Origin: a virus
Lineage: Duplodnaviria; Heunggongvirae; Uroviricota; Caudoviricetes
DNA: 63,714 nucleotides
IMG/VR virus record: IMGVR_UViG_3300038393_002131
Reading direction: 5' to 3' (one strand)
The notes under the pieces are model-generated. The model made no database searches. It was not told the origin of the DNA and saw only the letters and a program-made list of their open reading frames with translations. This document shows positions 62,567 to 63,714 of the stretch, in pieces. The number at the start of each line of letters is the position of its first letter. Within the stretch, counting starts at the first letter, position 1. The position numbers and the translations under genes are program-made.

Positions 62567-63462
62567 CGGCTGCTCCGTCCGGCCCGGGCCGCGGCGCGAG
62601 CCTTCGCGGCGCCCGCGTGGGCATCTCCGGGCTCGTCGTCGGTCACGACGGCCAGCTGCCGGGACACGGGCAAGGGCGAGTGGGACGGGCAGGCGCCGCA
62701 GTAGCAGCGGTTCGGCGCGCACGTGCGTGTCTTGGGTGTCCAGTCGAGGGCGTGACCCCACTCGCCGCGCAGCGGCGGGTGCTCGGCGCACCGGTAGAGC
62801 GTCATGCAGGCCGCGACGGCAGCGCCGGAGCAGCCGGTGATGCCGCAGGTGCGGCCGTGGCCCAGGGTGCGCCCGGACGCGACGAGCTCGACCCAGCCGC
62901 GGGGCGTGGCCGGCAGGTCGAGCAGGGCCTTGGAGCGGGTCGCGGGGTGCCGCGCGATGGCGTCGGCCAGGGCGAGGTCGTCCTCGCGTGCGTCGATCCG
63001 TCCCGCGAGGGTCGTCGGCGCCGCCGGGGCCGCCTCTGTACTCGCCGAAGGCGACGAAATTTGTGCCGCGGGAGCCGTTTCTGTGGTGTCCGCGACCCCC
63101 GTGTCGGGAATGGGGGCCTCGTTCACCTCCCGTTCACACTCAGTCACCGTCCCGCGAGGAGCAGGCAGCCACTCCGGGCGCCCCGCGGCATCCGGCGGCA
63201 CCTCCCCAGGCGCACTCCGCACCGCCCACTCGAGCTTCATCTCGAGCATCTGCTCCACCCGGGACCACGTCTCCGGGCTCCCCGGCGCGTTCACGCCCGT
63301 CACACGCGCCGCCTCACGACCCGCGCGACGCAACGTCAGCTCATCCCACGACCCGAGCTCCCCCGGCCGCACCCCCACCGACCACAACCACCGAGCGACC
63401 TCCCGCGCCTTCCTGACGCGCGCATCCTCAGCCGCCTCCGTGTGCGCGAAATCCGCACCCAT
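62563..63462 (-). CDS. Hypothetical protein with C-terminal Cys/His clusters
   Basis: KAREVARWLW...WSRVEQML; C-term CGITGC..C..H, C...CYCGACP.H. Confidence 0.65.
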   Translation of the reverse strand: MGADFAHTEAAEDARVRKAREVARWLWSVGVRPGELGSWDELTLRRAGREAARVTGVNAPGSPETWSRVEQMLEMKLEWAVRSAPGEVPPDAAGRPEWLPAPRGTVTECEREVNEAPIPDTGVADTTETAPAAQISSPSASTEAAPAAPTTLAGRIDAREDDLALADAIARHPATRSKALLDLPATPRGWVELVASGRTLGHGRTCGITGCSGAAVAACMTLYRCAEHPPLRGEWGHALDWTPKTRTCAPNRCYCGACPSHSPLPVSRQLAVVTDDEPGDAHAGAAKARAAARAGRSSR

Positions 63463-63597
63463 GAGTCACCAACCCCTCAGCGTGTCCCACCCGACGGACG
63501 CTTCTCGTCGGACCCCCCGAGCCTACCTCCCGCCACCCCGACCGACCCACAGAAACACCGACCCCCAGAGGGAAAAACCCACACGCGGAATCAACGG

Positions 63598-63714
63598 GCC
63601 CCCCGCCCGCGTGGGGGGTGGGGGTGGGCCGGATGTGGGAAGGGGGGGTGGTGGGGGTGGGTGGGTGGTGGGGTGCGTGTGCGTGTGGGGTGGTGACGTG
63701 TGTGTGGGGTGGGG
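63598..63714 (+). repeat. G-rich low-complexity tract (G-quadruplex-capable)
   Basis: More than ten GGG+ runs separated by 1-10 nt; preceded by a C-rich, G-poor stretch from about 63140. Confidence 0.6.

Larger units (their letters stand above)
1..63714. mobile_element. Actinobacterial phage-plasmid / conjugative prophage (internal segment; ends not in window)
   Basis: Terminase, portal, prohead protease, endolysin and tail fibre occur together with VirB4/VirB6/M23/FtsK conjugation genes, Lsr2 and a Xer-like recombinase. No host housekeeping genes seen. High GC3 throughout. Confidence 0.85.

Noticed and set aside
137-63462. Many ORF-track start positions (e.g. 2738, 5737, 6882, 8273, 11004, 12602, 38031, 53337, 60346)
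   Set aside because: They extend into upstream genes in Arg/Pro-rich shadow sequence; true starts were reassigned using SD sites and ATGA/GTGA overlaps.
1-63714. CRISPR array, tRNA, rRNA
   Set aside because: No regularly spaced repeats with unique spacers; no cloverleaf/T-loop or rRNA signatures seen by eye. tRNAscan/Infernal were not run.

Overview
The whole window looks like an internal segment of one large, very GC-rich actinobacterial mobile element that combines phage and conjugative-plasmid modules. (1) 146-2170 (+): phage accessory genes (DUF5131/gp37-68-like, Zn-finger protein, metallophosphoesterase). (2) 2329-14407 (+): a Gram-positive-type conjugation region with a pilin-like protein, VirB3-like protein, VirB4 ATPase, VirB6-like protein, cell-wall hydrolase/M23 peptidase, and a TraB/FtsK translocase carrying both an FtsK-gamma domain and a second winged helix. 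(3) 14497-41458 (-): a convergent phage head/packaging module with terminase, HK97-type portal, a 5913-aa DarB-like protein (N6-adenine MTase, SNF2 helicase and a second SF1/UvrD helicase, with a TnpV-like gene nested inside it in another frame), an acidic protein, an Rmf-like protein, and an HK97 prohead protease fused to an Acb1-like 2H phosphodiesterase. No major capsid or core tail genes are recognisable in the window. (4) 41576-43755: lsr2, divergent from a XerC-sized tyrosine recombinase, with a dif-like site between them. (5) 43827-47828 (-): a stand-alone tail fibre/depolymerase. (6) 48667-63462 (-): many small phage-type genes, including SNase, FmdB, RusA, an MmcB-like nuclease, a tandem-HTH protein and a LysM endolysin. 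A bipartite motif, SGCGACNYWAS-N13/14-NANNNT-N7/8, precedes seven leftward transcription units, mostly virion or lysis genes, and is probably the late promoter. All family assignments come from motif recognition by eye; no database searches were run.
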